Positions 10,313 to 20,607 of a stretch of 64,000 nucleotides of DNA are shown piece by piece (the first letter of the stretch is position 1; every line of letters begins with the position of its first letter). The position numbers and the translations under genes were made by a program. Source of the stretch: Enterococcus cecorum. Its GTDB lineage: Bacteria > Bacillota > Bacilli > Lactobacillales > Enterococcaceae. The DNA is taken from NCBI RefSeq assembly GCF_052119425.1, contig NZ_JBQKFH010000011.1, positions 3,155 to 67,154 of the forward strand, given 5' to 3'. The notes under the pieces were generated by a model that saw only the letters and a list, made by a program, of their open reading frames with translations, made no database searches and was not told the origin of the DNA.

Positions 10313-13300
10313 TCAATTCTGCACATCTGTTTGTTTTTGTGCGACTTGTTTTTCGTATTTTATGTCACGTAAAGCTTGCATAAATTGATTTAATTCCATC
10401 AGCCAGACCATCGCCGGCATTTTTGGTGTCAAGCTTAAAGTGATTTCCATCTTATCTTTGGCTTGGTTCATATTTGCTTTTAATTTGGTAGCCGTTAATG
10501 CTTTAAACAAATCTTGCACCACATATTGCTGCGTGCCGACTTTGCTCAAGGTAATTTTGACAGCTAGTCCTTGTTTTTTCACAGCTTCTACTAAGGCACG
10601 TTCTGCATTCATTTTTAACTCACCGACTGCTAATAAATGCGCGACTTCATCTGGATATTCTCCAAAGCGATCGAGTAAATCATCTTGTAACTCGTCCAGT
10701 GCTTCTTGACTATCCAACTCGCGAATCCGTTTATAAATCTCGATTTTTTGCCGTTCATCTTCAATATAGCTCGTTGGTAAGTACGCATCCAAGCCCAAAT
10801 CGATTTCGACCATCGTTTTTTCCAATTGGGTATTTTTCCCTTGCTTGCGATTGACCGCTTCAGCTAGCATTTGCGAATACATATCAAAACCGACTGAATC
10901 GATAAAGCCGTGTTGTTGCGCACCTAATAAATTACCCGCACCACGAATCGATAAATCACGCATCGCAATCTTAAAGCCAGAACCCAACTCAGTGAAGTCC
11001 TTGATTGCTTGGAGTCGCTTTTCACTGACTTCATTTAAGATTTTTTGCTGTTCATACATAAAGTACGCATAGGCTACACGATTACTACGGCCCACTCGAC
11101 CACGCAATTGATACAAGGTAGAAAGCCCCATATAATCGGCGTTTTCGACAAATAACGTATTGGCATTTGGAATATCGACCCCAGTTTCAATAATTGTTGT
11201 CGTGACCAAAATATCATATTGGCCTTCAATAAAGTCAAATAGCGTATTTTCTAGCTGAACTTCTGTCATCTGTCCATGCGCAAAGGCAATCCGAGCATCA
11301 GGAACTAAAGCTTGGAGTTCTGCTACTTTGCTTTCGATACTCTCCACCCGATTATATAGATAAAAGACCTGGCCGCCTCGAGCCATCTCACGCATAATGC
11401 CTTCACGAATCGCCCCGGCATTATACTCCATCACATAAGTTTGAATAGGATAGCGATTGGCAGGTGGCGTCTCAATCACTGATAAATCACGCACACCTAA
11501 CATCGACATATGCAACGTTCGCGGAATAGGCGTGGCAGTTAAGGTTAACACATCCACTTGGGTACGCAATTGTTTCAAACGTTCCTTATGACGGACTCCA
11601 AAGCGTTGTTCCTCATCAATGACTATCAGACCTAAATCACTAAAAGTCACGTCTTTAGAAAGCAAACGATGGGTGCCAACGATAATGTCAATTTGTCCAT
11701 GTTTAAGCTGTTCGATGGTTTCGTTTTGTTGCTTTTTGGTTCTAAAACGACTCAGCAAGCCAACATTTACTGGAAATCCTTCAAAACGTTCCAAAATCGT
11801 CTCGTAGTGTTGCTGTGCCAAAATCGTAGTAGGCACTAAGAAGGCGACCTGCTTACTTTCTTTAATGGCTTTAAAGGCTGCACGCAAAGCTACTTCTGTC
11901 TTACCAAAGCCGACATCTCCCACCAACAAGCGATCCATTGGTTTTGCTTTTTCCATATCTTTTTTGATTTCAGCGGCACTCTTTAATTGGTCCGGTGTCT
12001 CTGAATAAGCAAAAGCATCTTCAAATTCTCGTTGATAGCCATCATCTGGTTGGTACGCATAGCCTTTTTGCGCTTCTCGTTTGGCATATAGCTCAATCAA
12101 ATCATCAGCAATATCTTCAATCTTTTTGGCAACTTTACGCTTGGTCTTGGTCCATTCGCTGCCACCTAATTTGTTAATCTTAGGTTGCTTAGATTCTGAA
12201 GAGACATACTTTTGAATTAAGTTCAGCTGCGTCACCGGGATAAACAATTTATCATCATTTTGGTACTGAATGGTCATGTAATCTTGGTGGACGCCATCTA
12301 CTTCCAAAGTCTGCAATCCTAGATACTTCCCGATACCGTGATTGGCATGAACGACATAATCGCCCACTTTTAATTCGTTATAGCTCTTTAAGCGTTCGGC
12401 ATTGGTAATATTTTGACGGCGTGCTCGTTTTTTTGCGACTTTTTGGAAGATTTCACGCTCGCTAATCACCACCAAATGACTTTCTGGCAATTCAAAACCA
12501 GCTTGTAGCTCAGAAACAATTATCTGACTACGGTTAGTAAAAATCTTCTCCGGTGTGGTTTCTACCGCATAAATTTCGTGCTCTTTAAAGGCTTGCATCA
12601 ACTTTTCTTGTTGGGTCGTGCTGCTGACTAAAAAGAGGACGGTTTGTTGTTGGCGTTCAAAGCGGTCTACTTCTGCCTTCAACAAGCCCATTTGTCCAAA
12701 GAATTGCTGCATCGGACGGTATTGTACCTGACAAATCGCCTTGAAACGCAAATTACCCATCCCTTTTTGGAAAAGGGAGAAAAAGGTAGTTGGCGCCTTG
12801 TGTTTGGTTAAGAGTGGCTGGATTTCCCGGAAAAATTCTTGGCTTGAAAAAATGCGCATTTCTTCTAATTTTTGGGCTACCCATTCCATCGTTTCTTGCT
12901 CTAACTGACGGGCTGATTCCATTACACGGGCATAGTCATCCACGATAAAGTAATGCTCATCGCTAAAGTAATCTAAAATCGTGACTGGCTTGTCGTAAAG
13001 TAAATCAACATAGTAATGAACGACATCAGTGGCTTCCAAATGGCGCCAGCGTTCCATCAACTCTTGGAAATACTCGGTTAAACGCACTTGATCTTCTTCA
13101 TGCTTAGTTACGGCCAGGCGCTTTTGTAATAACTTTTCTACTTTTTCAATTCCGCGGATAAAATCTTGCGGAAGAAATACATACTCACTCGTCGGCGAAA
13201 TCAAGACTTCCTCAATCTTTTCAATCGAACGTTGGGTTTCTACATCAAATAAACGTAAAGAGTCAATCTCATCATCAAATAATTCGATACGGCATGGATA

Positions 13301-13858
13301 AGTCTGGTCAAGCGGATAAATATCAATAATGCTGCCACGAATACTAAATTCACCTGGTTTGGCTAACATTTGCTCTCTTGTATAGCCCATTAAAGTTAAT
13401 TTTTGCGTGATAGCTTCTAAATCCAAGGTTGCCCCGATTTTTAAAGCGAGATGACTATCTTGCCAAGTACTTTTTGCTGGCAAAGCTTTTCTTAAACTTG
13501 CAACCGGCAAAATATAAATTCCTTTTTGCCCTGAGCTAATCGCATTTAACGTAGCGACACGCTGACTTTTCGCTTCAGGGGACGCAAAAGCCATCTCCGC
13601 AGATAGTACTTCATCCACCGGGAACACAAACACTTCATCTATCTGCGTACGTAAATCATCGGCTAACTGGTTGGCATAAAACAAGTTAGGACAGATGATC
13701 ACAATTGATTTTTTTAGCTGTTGAAATGTATCGATTAAAGCTAAAGTCTTGGCCGAACCTGCTAACCCTAAGACCAGTTGGCGCGATAAGCTTTCTTGTA
13801 ATCCTGCTTGCCAAGACGCAATGGCCGGATCTTTTCCGACGATTCTTGCTAAACTCAT
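10313..13858 (-). CDS. mfd: Transcription-repair coupling factor Mfd
   Basis: 1181 aa; UvrB-homology N-terminus, CarD/RNA-polymerase-interacting domain, superfamily 2 helicase motifs (GDVGFGKTEVA, DEEQRFGV). Confidence 0.95.
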   Translation of the reverse strand: MSLARIVGKDPAIASWQAGLQESLSRQLVLGLAGSAKTLALIDTFQQLKKSIVIICPNLFYANQLADDLRTQIDEVFVFPVDEVLSAEMAFASPEAKSQRVATLNAISSGQKGIYILPVASLRKALPAKSTWQDSHLALKIGATLDLEAITQKLTLMGYTREQMLAKPGEFSIRGSIIDIYPLDQTYPCRIELFDDEIDSLRLFDVETQRSIEKIEEVLISPTSEYVFLPQDFIRGIEKVEKLLQKRLAVTKHEEDQVRLTEYFQELMERWRHLEATDVVHYYVDLLYDKPVTILDYFSDEHYFIVDDYARVMESARQLEQETMEWVAQKLEEMRIFSSQEFFREIQPLLTKHKAPTTFFSLFQKGMGNLRFKAICQVQYRPMQQFFGQMGLLKAEVDRFERQQQTVLFLVSSTTQQEKLMQAFKEHEIYAVETTPEKIFTNRSQIIVSELQAGFELPESHLVVISEREIFQKVAKKRARRQNITNAERLKSYNELKVGDYVVHANHGIGKYLGLQTLEVDGVHQDYMTIQYQNDDKLFIPVTQLNLIQKYVSSESKQPKINKLGGSEWTKTKRKVAKKIEDIADDLIELYAKREAQKGYAYQPDDGYQREFEDAFAYSETPDQLKSAAEIKKDMEKAKPMDRLLVGDVGFGKTEVALRAAFKAIKESKQVAFLVPTTILAQQHYETILERFEGFPVNVGLLSRFRTKKQQNETIEQLKHGQIDIIVGTHRLLSKDVTFSDLGLIVIDEEQRFGVRHKERLKQLRTQVDVLTLTATPIPRTLHMSMLGVRDLSVIETPPANRYPIQTYVMEYNAGAIREGIMREMARGGQVFYLYNRVESIESKVAELQALVPDARIAFAHGQMTEVQLENTLFDFIEGQYDILVTTTIIETGVDIPNANTLFVENADYMGLSTLYQLRGRVGRSNRVAYAYFMYEQQKILNEVSEKRLQAIKDFTELGSGFKIAMRDLSIRGAGNLLGAQQHGFIDSVGFDMYSQMLAEAVNRKQGKNTQLEKTMVEIDLGLDAYLPTSYIEDERQKIEIYKRIRELDSQEALDELQDDLLDRFGEYPDEVAHLLAVGELKMNAERALVEAVKKQGLAVKITLSKVGTQQYVVQDLFKALTATKLKANMNQAKDKMEITLSLTPKMPAMVWLMELNQFMQALRDIKYEKQVAQKQTDVQN

Positions 13859-13934
13859 TAAAATCCTTCCTTCATGTTATTTTTGAAACAGACTTAGCCA
13901 CTTTTACTTTTTTATCAGTAAAAATGGCTGATGA

Positions 13935-14495
13935 TTAATTAAATTGATTCATGGTTTTCATAAAATCATTGGTCTGGATAAAATATTCCAGAGCTTCGAC
14001 TGTTTTATCCATCGCTTGGTTGATAACAGGCTGTTCATCCTTATCAAAATTGGTCAATACATGGTGAATGACCGTCTGATTTTGTTTTGGCCGAGCAATT
14101 CCGACTTTGATGCGGTTAAAAACTTGACTATTCAGATGTGAAATCACACTTCTGACCCCATTATGACCCCCAGCGCTTCCTTTTTGACGCAGACGAATCT
14201 TCCCTAGTGTCAAATCTAAATCATCATAAACAATCACTAGCTCTTCTGGATAAATATTGAAATAAGTCATCAACGGTCCAACTGCTTTTCCTGACTCATT
14301 CATAAAGGTTTGCGGCTTCACGAGTAGAATCTTTTCCCCATTTTCAAAATACTCGCCGACCAAGGCTTGGAAGGCATTCTTTTTAAAGGTTACCTGATGT
14401 TTTTTTGCCAATTCATCAATAACCATAAAGCCGACATTATGCTTGGTTTTTTCATATTTTGTTCCCGGATTTCCCAGGCCTACAATCATTTTCAT
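13935..14495 (-). CDS. pth: Peptidyl-tRNA hydrolase
   Basis: MKMIVGLGNPG...HNVGF Pth signature; 186 aa. Confidence 0.9.
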   Translation of the reverse strand: MKMIVGLGNPGTKYEKTKHNVGFMVIDELAKKHQVTFKKNAFQALVGEYFENGEKILLVKPQTFMNESGKAVGPLMTYFNIYPEELVIVYDDLDLTLGKIRLRQKGSAGGHNGVRSVISHLNSQVFNRIKVGIARPKQNQTVIHHVLTNFDKDEQPVINQAMDKTVEALEYFIQTNDFMKTMNQFN

Positions 14496-14891
14496 GAATA
14501 TTTTCCTTTCAAATTTAACAAAAAATCTTCATTATCCTACTATTAATTGTCAAAAAAATCAATAGCTTTGCCTATTCAGTATAGCACACTTCCGAATGAT
14601 AGCGAATATTTCGTGATTTTTGTTTTCTATTTTTATGAAAATCATTTACGAAAAACACCAAAACTGAATTTTCTCATCTGTACCACTCTATGAAAATAAA
14701 AACATAAAAATGAAAAGAGTGTTTTTTCATTATATGCTAGCAAAATATCATTCTCTATCCTTTTCATCTATCGCAACAAACAATCTTGAACCTTACTTTC
14801 AAACACATAAAAATCAAGAAACGACCTTTTTTATCTCCTTTTCCTTCTTGTTCGTGAAGCAACGAACGAAGAATGAGAATTTTTCTCATTT

Positions 14892-14909
14892 TAGTGTATA
14901 TTTTCACAA
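14892..14909 (+). promoter_or_regulatory. Rex-like operator upstream of ldh (candidate)
   Basis: TAGTGTAtattTTCACAA against the Rex consensus TTGTGAAwwwwTTCACAA. A further half-site TTCGTGAAAA (15001-15010) sits in the spacer of the putative ldh promoter. Confidence 0.35.
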
Positions 14910-14990
14910 TTGAACAAAGCCGATTTAAAGCCAAAGAAAACATTTGCATAAAAACAGTTCAAAATTCTGTTACATTTTTTGAAAAAAGTA

Positions 14991-15019
14991 ATGACAAATC
15001 TTCGTGAAAATGGTAGCAT
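14991..15019 (+). promoter_or_regulatory. Putative ldh promoter (-35 ATGACA, 17-bp spacer, extended -10 TGgTAGCAT)
   Basis: Hexamer spacing read from the sequence; lies about 40 nt upstream of the ldh start. Confidence 0.35.
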
Positions 15020-15033
15020 AGACATAGAAATAA

Positions 15034-16026
<993 letters not shown>

Positions 16027-16046
16027 GCACTAAATATAGATAAGTA

Positions 16047-16087
16047 AAAAACGTCTATCTTGATTCTTCAGGATAGGCGTTTTTTAT
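16047..16087 (+). terminator. ldh rho-independent terminator
   Basis: aaaaACGTCTATCttgattcttcagGATAGGCGTtttttt. Confidence 0.6.
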
Positions 16088-16096
16088 ATTTCTAAC

Positions 16097-16137
16097 AAAA
16101 AAACACCTACTTATGGAGCAAATACCATAAGTAGGTG
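16097..16137 (-). terminator. Terminator for the L,D-transpeptidase gene
   Basis: Perfect 13-bp stem CACCTACTTATGG/CCATAAGTAGGTG preceded by an A-run on the plus strand. Confidence 0.6.
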
Positions 16138-16149
16138 CCTATTATTATT

Positions 16150-17565
16150 TTAGAAAATCACTACTGGTGTACCGACTTCAACCGCATTGAATAGTTGCGC
16201 CATCACACTAGGTGGTGTATTCACACAGCCATGAGAGCCACGGGTTTTCCATAAATCGCCCCCATAAGCAGGTTGCCAATCAGAATCATGAATACCGACT
16301 CCCGTCCAATCCACTGGCATCCAGTAACTTACTGGACTTGCGTATTTACTACCATCATCATTGGTACCACGTAAAGTTGCATTGCGTTCTTTCTTCCAGA
16401 TGTAGTCGACTCCCTTAGGTGTAGGGGTCGTTGGTTTCCCTGTGACGACATCCGTTTCAATGACTACAGCACCATCTTTGTAGTACCACATGTGTTGATT
16501 TGTTAAGTCTACTTCGATATAGGTGTTCCCTACAAGTGGTTGACTCGCTTTAGCACTCCCTTTTGTAATTGGTGAGCGCGTGAAGTTTTCTCCAGCTAAA
16601 ATTTGTTCAGTAAGGGCGGCGGCTTCATCTGCCACTTGGATACTCCAACTTAGCGTTCCCGATGGTACGCTCACTGTGCCACGTTTTGTACTATTAAAAC
16701 TTGTTGGGTTCGTGCTAGTATTGTATTGATTGGCCAATTGTTGCACATATGCTTGCACTTTTTCTTGATTCAACGTTACTTGTTTATTTTCATAAGTCAC
16801 CCAATCCGCAATTTGTTCAGTTGGAATTTGGAAAGTGGTGCCATTAATCGAATAATTAGCTTGAACTTGAATCACTTTATTCACAGTGTTTAATTCTTCT
16901 TGTAAGTGCGCATCTTTAGAAGTTACGCTTGGTTTTTGAATAAAATCATTTAAGCTGACAGATGTCTGACCACTCTTTAAACCTTTTTCAATGGCCTTCA
17001 TCGCTTGGTCTACATTGAAATTATTTCCTTGAACTTCTGGCGTAATCACAAAACCTGAAGCCTCTCTGGCAATTCCGGCGTCTTGTGTTTGCGTACGCCC
17101 TTGATTGACTTGATCTAGCTCAGTCTTTAAGCTATTTAACTGTTGTGTTAACACTTCTTGGTTAAAAGTTGTTTTATTCGCAGTGGCTTTCTTACTTGAA
17201 AAGAATGATCCACCCCAAGACCAAGGATTTTGCGCCTTTAAGATAGATTCCAAAGTCGCTTTTGAATTTGATTCCATCCCAAAGTCAGACTTCTTGATTT
17301 CTTTAAGCACTTGATTGTCTAACTTAATTTGGAAGGATTGATTTTTATGTTGATCATCCACGGTTTTTTGTGCTTGCTCCAAGGACATATTGCTAATTTC
17401 AACGGCTTCTACCTGGGTGTTAGGTAAAAAATGTTTTGAATAATAATTGCTGCCCAGTGCATAGCCGCCGACTGCTACAATCCCAACAGCAGCAATGGAG
17501 CCAAGGATGAGTTTGGTATTTTTATTTTTTTTATGACGTTTTCTTCTATTTGAAACTTCTGGCAT
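16150..17565 (-). CDS. L,D-transpeptidase (YkuD catalytic domain) with N-terminal membrane anchor
   Basis: C-terminal catalytic motif HDSDW...SHGCVN; N-terminal TM segment; 471 aa. Confidence 0.8.
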   Translation of the reverse strand: MPEVSNRRKRHKKNKNTKLILGSIAAVGIVAVGGYALGSNYYSKHFLPNTQVEAVEISNMSLEQAQKTVDDQHKNQSFQIKLDNQVLKEIKKSDFGMESNSKATLESILKAQNPWSWGGSFFSSKKATANKTTFNQEVLTQQLNSLKTELDQVNQGRTQTQDAGIAREASGFVITPEVQGNNFNVDQAMKAIEKGLKSGQTSVSLNDFIQKPSVTSKDAHLQEELNTVNKVIQVQANYSINGTTFQIPTEQIADWVTYENKQVTLNQEKVQAYVQQLANQYNTSTNPTSFNSTKRGTVSVPSGTLSWSIQVADEAAALTEQILAGENFTRSPITKGSAKASQPLVGNTYIEVDLTNQHMWYYKDGAVVIETDVVTGKPTTPTPKGVDYIWKKERNATLRGTNDDGSKYASPVSYWMPVDWTGVGIHDSDWQPAYGGDLWKTRGSHGCVNTPPSVMAQLFNAVEVGTPVVIF

Positions 17566-17658
17566 ATAAACACTCTTCCCCTATTTACTTTCTGTATCAA
17601 TTATCATACCACATTTTCCCCAAAAAAGTTTTAACATATGCTTAAATTTTATATTTGC

Positions 17659-19182
17659 TTAAAAGATACGCTGTAAGCCGGTTTTATCAAGTTGATAGAT
17701 TTTCTCGCAAACCTGTTCTAGAAAATAACGATCATGCGATACCGTCAGCAAGGCGCCGTTATATTGCTGAAGTTGTTGTGTTAAGACTTGGTTGGAAGTT
17801 GGCGATAAATTACGCGTCGGTTCATCTAGCAATAATACATTAGCTTGGGATAAAAGTAGGCCTAAAATCACCAATTTTGCCCTTTGACCGCCAGATAGAT
17901 AGGCTATAGGGCGCTGCATCTCTTGAACAAAAAACTGCAAACTACCCAGATAAGTCATCACTGTTGCTTGATCTTGCTTGGTTTGGGATAACAAATATGC
18001 GACAGGACTTTGCGTGGTATCCAACGCTTCAAAATAATTTTGTGGCATATACTTCATTTGAATATCGGTTCGCTTTTGTAGCATTTCAGCGATTTTGTGT
18101 AAGAATAGGCTCTTACCAATCCCATTATTGCCCACGATACCTACTTTTTCTTGACCAAAAAACGTAAAATCAATCTGCTCAACCAATATTTTATCCGCGA
18201 CTTTAAGCTGATCATTTTCTAAGTGAATGAGTGGCTTACTAGAAGGCACCGCTTGAACAGTCTGCCATTTTAAACCAATTACCTCTTCTTGTTGCGGCAT
18301 TTCGGTAAATTGAGCGCGCTCTTTTTCAAATCGTTTTTCACGAGATTTTAAACTCGCCATTTTTTTCGCTAACAACCGCCCCTTCGTATCCAACTTAGTG
18401 GTTCGCAATTGATGTTGGACCTTTTGCTTGACCTGCTGGAGTTGAGCATTACGTTTTTTATCTTCGCTTCGTTGCTTAAGAGCGATTTGCAACTGTTTAT
18501 CTGCCGCACTTTTTCTTTGTTCAATATAGGTTTGGTAATCTTCTTTGACAAAATGGACGACGGCACGCTGTTGATGCGCAATTTTTTCCAGATGAATGAT
18601 GCTTGTTGCGGTATTTTTTAATAACACTACATCATGTGAAATATAAAGTATTGCTAAATCACTCGTTCGAATAAAGTGTTCTAACCACTGGATACTTTCA
18701 TAATCTAAATCATTCGAAGGTTCATCCAATAACAATATATCCGGATGATGTAACAGAATTTTCACTAGCTGGATTTTGATTTTTTGCCCACCAGAAAGTG
18801 TACCCATCTTTTGGCTTGAATATAGAAAATCTTGATCCAATTGAAAATCACTCGCCAACTTTGCTAAGTAGGAATAATCAATTTCATTGGCATCTAAATC
18901 ACAAAACAGAAAATCATAGACACTTAATGGTTCATCTTTGCTAGGTAAAAATTGCGGCAAATACCCAATTTGCTGAAAGGTACATTGATAACTGCCTTGC
19001 GCTTCTAAATAATCATTGACTTCAGGGCAGCGACAAAGCCACTTTAGTAACGATGACTTACCCGTTCCTTCTTCTCCGATAATAGCGACCTTATCCCCCG
19101 CATGAACAACGCCCGTTAAGCCATCTACCAAACGAAATTGGTCTTTTTGGTGGATTAAGGTTAAGTTTTGAAACTGCAACAT
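17659..19182 (-). CDS. ABC-F family ATPase (two ABC domains, no TM domain)
   Basis: Two Walker A motifs (GEEGTGKS, GNNGIGKS) and two LSGGQ signatures with a charged linker. Start re-called at MLQFQNL (19182), which has a GGAGG SD. The ORF-track start at 19251 lies inside the EFAR-like repeat. Confidence 0.8.
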   Translation of the reverse strand: MLQFQNLTLIHQKDQFRLVDGLTGVVHAGDKVAIIGEEGTGKSSLLKWLCRCPEVNDYLEAQGSYQCTFQQIGYLPQFLPSKDEPLSVYDFLFCDLDANEIDYSYLAKLASDFQLDQDFLYSSQKMGTLSGGQKIKIQLVKILLHHPDILLLDEPSNDLDYESIQWLEHFIRTSDLAILYISHDVVLLKNTATSIIHLEKIAHQQRAVVHFVKEDYQTYIEQRKSAADKQLQIALKQRSEDKKRNAQLQQVKQKVQHQLRTTKLDTKGRLLAKKMASLKSREKRFEKERAQFTEMPQQEEVIGLKWQTVQAVPSSKPLIHLENDQLKVADKILVEQIDFTFFGQEKVGIVGNNGIGKSLFLHKIAEMLQKRTDIQMKYMPQNYFEALDTTQSPVAYLLSQTKQDQATVMTYLGSLQFFVQEMQRPIAYLSGGQRAKLVILGLLLSQANVLLLDEPTRNLSPTSNQVLTQQLQQYNGALLTVSHDRYFLEQVCEKIYQLDKTGLQRIF

Positions 19183-19225
19183 AAACATCCCTCCTCGTGT
19201 ATTTTCTGAACGAATGCATTTTTTA

Positions 19226-19398
19226 TAACCAAGCTGCTTGGAGCTGATCAACCCAGCTCACATCCTTAATATCGGCGTTCAGCGACTAGCCACTTCGGCG
19301 TATAAGCCAGCTCGTCTGGGAAAGTCTTTACTTCTCGGACTTTCCCGACGTTCTGGACAAACTTATACGCTCGTGGCTGACCAAGTCGCTTCACGACC
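19226..19398. repeat. Interspersed intergenic repeat, copy B (EFAR-like)
   Basis: Same modules as copy A in a different order: gctgcttggagctgatcaacccagctcacatcctta..cggactttcccgacgttctggacaaac..gctcgtggctgaccaagtcgcttcacgacc. Confidence 0.6.
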
Positions 19399-19399
19399 T

Positions 19400-19449
19400 A
19401 AAAAAAAGATACTTACTTTTGTTATTAAACAACAAGAGTAAGTATCTTT
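19400..19449. terminator. Bidirectional terminator abutting repeat copy B
   Basis: A8-AGATACTTACT...AGTAAGTATCT-TTT; perfect 11-bp stem. Confidence 0.6.
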
Positions 19450-19802
19450 GCATGCAAATATATAGGATGATGACTGCAGCTATTAGGCTTTCCTACTACG
19501 ATTGCTAAATTTGATGGTGCAAAACTCTATGTTTAATAACGCATCTATCTTGTTTTTAGCAAAAGTAGCCAATGCACAACAGTCCTTTCTTTTTGGAGCA
19601 GCTAACTTAGCGCTCGTATTTACGACTTCATTATCACTCAATTCTCATCAAAAGTCAATCTTTTTTTAATCTGTGTTTGGCAGCTAGTCATTTTGAAAAT
19701 TCGCCCCAACGATTGTGAAAGTCTTTAAAACTAACTGATTTTCACATCTGTGGGTACGCACGAGTTTTCTCATGTCTGCCCAATCTGCCACACATCCTTT
19801 TT

Positions 19803-20528
19803 TTAGTGATTGCTATTCATCTCAAAGGCTTCTTTCATCGCTTTGGTTCCATGGTCAAAATCAACAATTTCTTTTAATTCACCTTGAATGACGCGTCTGG
19901 TTTCCCCGCTCATTTCACCACAAGTCACCAGTGTTACCAAGCGTTTTCCTGGCACCACATCTAGCAAATCCACCCGATCAGGAGAAACGCGCTGATTGTT
20001 AATCGCTTGGTAGACATAAATTTTAGATAAATCTGTCAAATAAATTTTGTCGCCCACTTTCACATGATCAAGCGGCGTAAATAACAAACTTTCATCAAAC
20101 ATTCGATGGGAAGCAAGGCCATAATTTCCCTCGCCCATCTTCTGTTGCTCACTTGTCGTCCCAGCTCCGTAAAGCAAAACTTCATTGGCTAACCCTTTAA
20201 ATATCGGCAAATTCACTTTTACACTTGGAATGGCAATCCCACCAATCACCGGCAAATCTTTAGCACTTACTTGGTTTTTCATAATTGCTTCTAAACTAAT
20301 CGGCTCGACCTGATCAAAATCAAAAGTTGCCCGAGCTTTTTCATTGTCTTTCACTTGTTTTTTATCTAATTTCGTCACCTGATAGCTGTTGATTTTTTGA
20401 TGGAGTAAATATTTTTGAATCGGCTTATTAAAAACTAAAACCAAGCCCACAACTAATAAAACAACTGTCAGGATATTTAGAATAACAGAGACTAGCTTAC
20501 GTTGTTTCTTTTCCGCCATATCGCACAC
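19803..20528 (-). CDS. srtA: Class A sortase
   Basis: N-terminal TM anchor, catalytic His region, TLVTC active-site motif and conserved Arg. Confidence 0.85.
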   Translation of the reverse strand: MCDMAEKKQRKLVSVILNILTVVLLVVGLVLVFNKPIQKYLLHQKINSYQVTKLDKKQVKDNEKARATFDFDQVEPISLEAIMKNQVSAKDLPVIGGIAIPSVKVNLPIFKGLANEVLLYGAGTTSEQQKMGEGNYGLASHRMFDESLLFTPLDHVKVGDKIYLTDLSKIYVYQAINNQRVSPDRVDLLDVVPGKRLVTLVTCGEMSGETRRVIQGELKEIVDFDHGTKAMKEAFEMNSNH

Positions 20529-20607
20529 CTCGCCTTTATTTATAACAAAATTATGCTATAATTTCTTTGTTATGTCCAGTAATTCAATTGTAGAAAAGGT
20601 GAATAAT

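Noticed and set aside
14710-14949. Small ORFs (67 aa and 61 aa) in the pth-ldh intergenic region
   Set aside because: AT-rich promoter region carrying Rex-like sites; no SD. These are typical spurious ORFs.
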